Positions 63,280 to 64,000 of a stretch of 64,000 nt of DNA are shown here, piece by piece. The translations under genes were made by a program, and so were the position numbers. The notes below the pieces were generated by a model. That model was not told where the DNA came from. It searched no databases and saw only the letters and a list, made by a program, of their open reading frames with translations. Each line of letters opens with the position of its first letter. Position 1 is the stretch's first letter. Source of the DNA: Escherichia coli (lineage in GTDB: Bacteria; Pseudomonadota; Gammaproteobacteria; Enterobacterales; Enterobacteriaceae); assembly GCF_041886205.1 (NCBI RefSeq), contig NZ_CP169029.1; one strand, 5' to 3'.

Positions 63280-64000
63280 TTATTCATCAATTCGCGGATG
63301 TTGCTGCACCAGGCGGGTACGTTTCGCCTGCAAATCGGCAATCTCGTGGTCAATATTATCGATTTTCTGCTCGATATTATCGTAATGCTCGACGAGAATT
63401 TCCTTCGCTTCCTGTATATCTGACGCCGCCGGTGTCGCACCTTTCAACGGACGATTTGCCGTCTCTTTCATGGTTACGCCGGTGATTAAACCAATCACCG
63501 CCACTACCATCAGGTAATAGGCAGGCATCATCAGATTCTGCGAGCTTTCGACCAGCCAGGCCGCCAGTGTTGGCGTCAGACCGGCAACCAGCACCGAAAT
63601 ATTAAATGCCGCCGCCAGCGCGCTGTAACGGATATGCGTCGGGAACATCGCTGGCAAGGTAGAAGCCATAACGCCCGTAAAGCAGTTAAGGATCACCGCC
63701 AGCATCAGTAACCCGGCAAAAATCAGGCCGATGACGTTACTGTTAATCAGAATAAACGCCGGGATCGCCAACACAAACAGGGCAACACTACCAAGTAGCA
63801 CAAACGGACGACGGCCAAAACGGTCACTCAGCAAGCCCATCACCGGCTGGACAAACAGCATACCGATCATAATGGCGATAATAATCAGCACCCCGTGGTC
63901 TTCGGAGTAATGCAAGTTATGCGACAAATAACTCGGCATATAGGTCAGCAACATGTAGTAAGTCACGTTGGTGGCAATTACCAGACCAATACATGTCAAC
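63280..64000 (-). CDS. proP: osmoprotectant/proton symporter ProP, 3' portion (5' end outside window)
   Basis: ORF open to window edge; C-terminal coiled-coil tail ...DIQEAKEILVEHYDNIEQKIDNIDHEIADLQAKRTRLVQQHPRIDE characteristic of ProP. Confidence 0.85.
   Translation of the reverse strand, partial: LTCIGLVIATNVTYYMLLTYMPSYLSHNLHYSEDHGVLIIIAIMIGMLFVQPVMGLLSDRFGRRPFVLLGSVALFVLAIPAFILINSNVIGLIFAGLLMLAVILNCFTGVMASTLPAMFPTHIRYSALAAAFNISVLVAGLTPTLAAWLVESSQNLMMPAYYLMVVAVIGLITGVTMKETANRPLKGATPAASDIQEAKEILVEHYDNIEQKIDNIDHEIADLQAKRTRLVQQHPRIDE

Overview
This window is an enterobacterial (Escherichia coli / Shigella lineage) chromosomal segment, collinear with the E. coli K-12 map from ulaR to proP but in reverse orientation. 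Almost every base is accounted for by well-known genes, read from ORF lengths, protein sequences I recognise and classic signals. In order: ulaR (partial), yjfP, bsmA, yjfN, aidB, yjfC-yjfM-yjfL-yjfK-yjfJ-yjfI, rlmB-rnr-nsrR-purA, yjeT, hflC-hflK-hflX-hfq-miaA-mutL-amiB-tsaE-nnr, queG, three tandem tRNA-Gly(GCC), orn, rsgA, psd-mscM, yjeM, epmA, frdABCD, ampC, blc, gdx(sugE) with a guanidine-II riboswitch, ecnB-ecnA, efp, epmB, yjeJ, yjeI, groSL, yjeH, fxsA, aspA-dcuA, cutA-dsbD-yjdC, tRNA-Phe (pheU), a P4-type integrase, IS1, adiY-adiC, eptA-basR-basS and proP (partial). I found no convincing evidence of a novel, undescribed system. The most notable structure is the pheU junction: an intact integrase sits next to tRNA-Phe and is followed directly by an IS1 copy that abuts the adiY leader, so the block that lies between pheU and adiY in K-12 (cadCBA through adiA) is absent here. 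That is the signature of an IS-mediated deletion of the kind known from Shigella and enteroinvasive E. coli. Lesser points are the absence of the K-12 yjeN-yjeO islet, the poorly characterised PspA-like yjfIJKLMC cluster, a hexanucleotide slippage repeat in mutL, and an AT-rich yjeJ islet. CDS coordinates are anchored to the supplied ORF track, with starts trimmed to the recognised protein N-termini. Non-coding coordinates were counted by hand from those anchors and may be off by a base or two.
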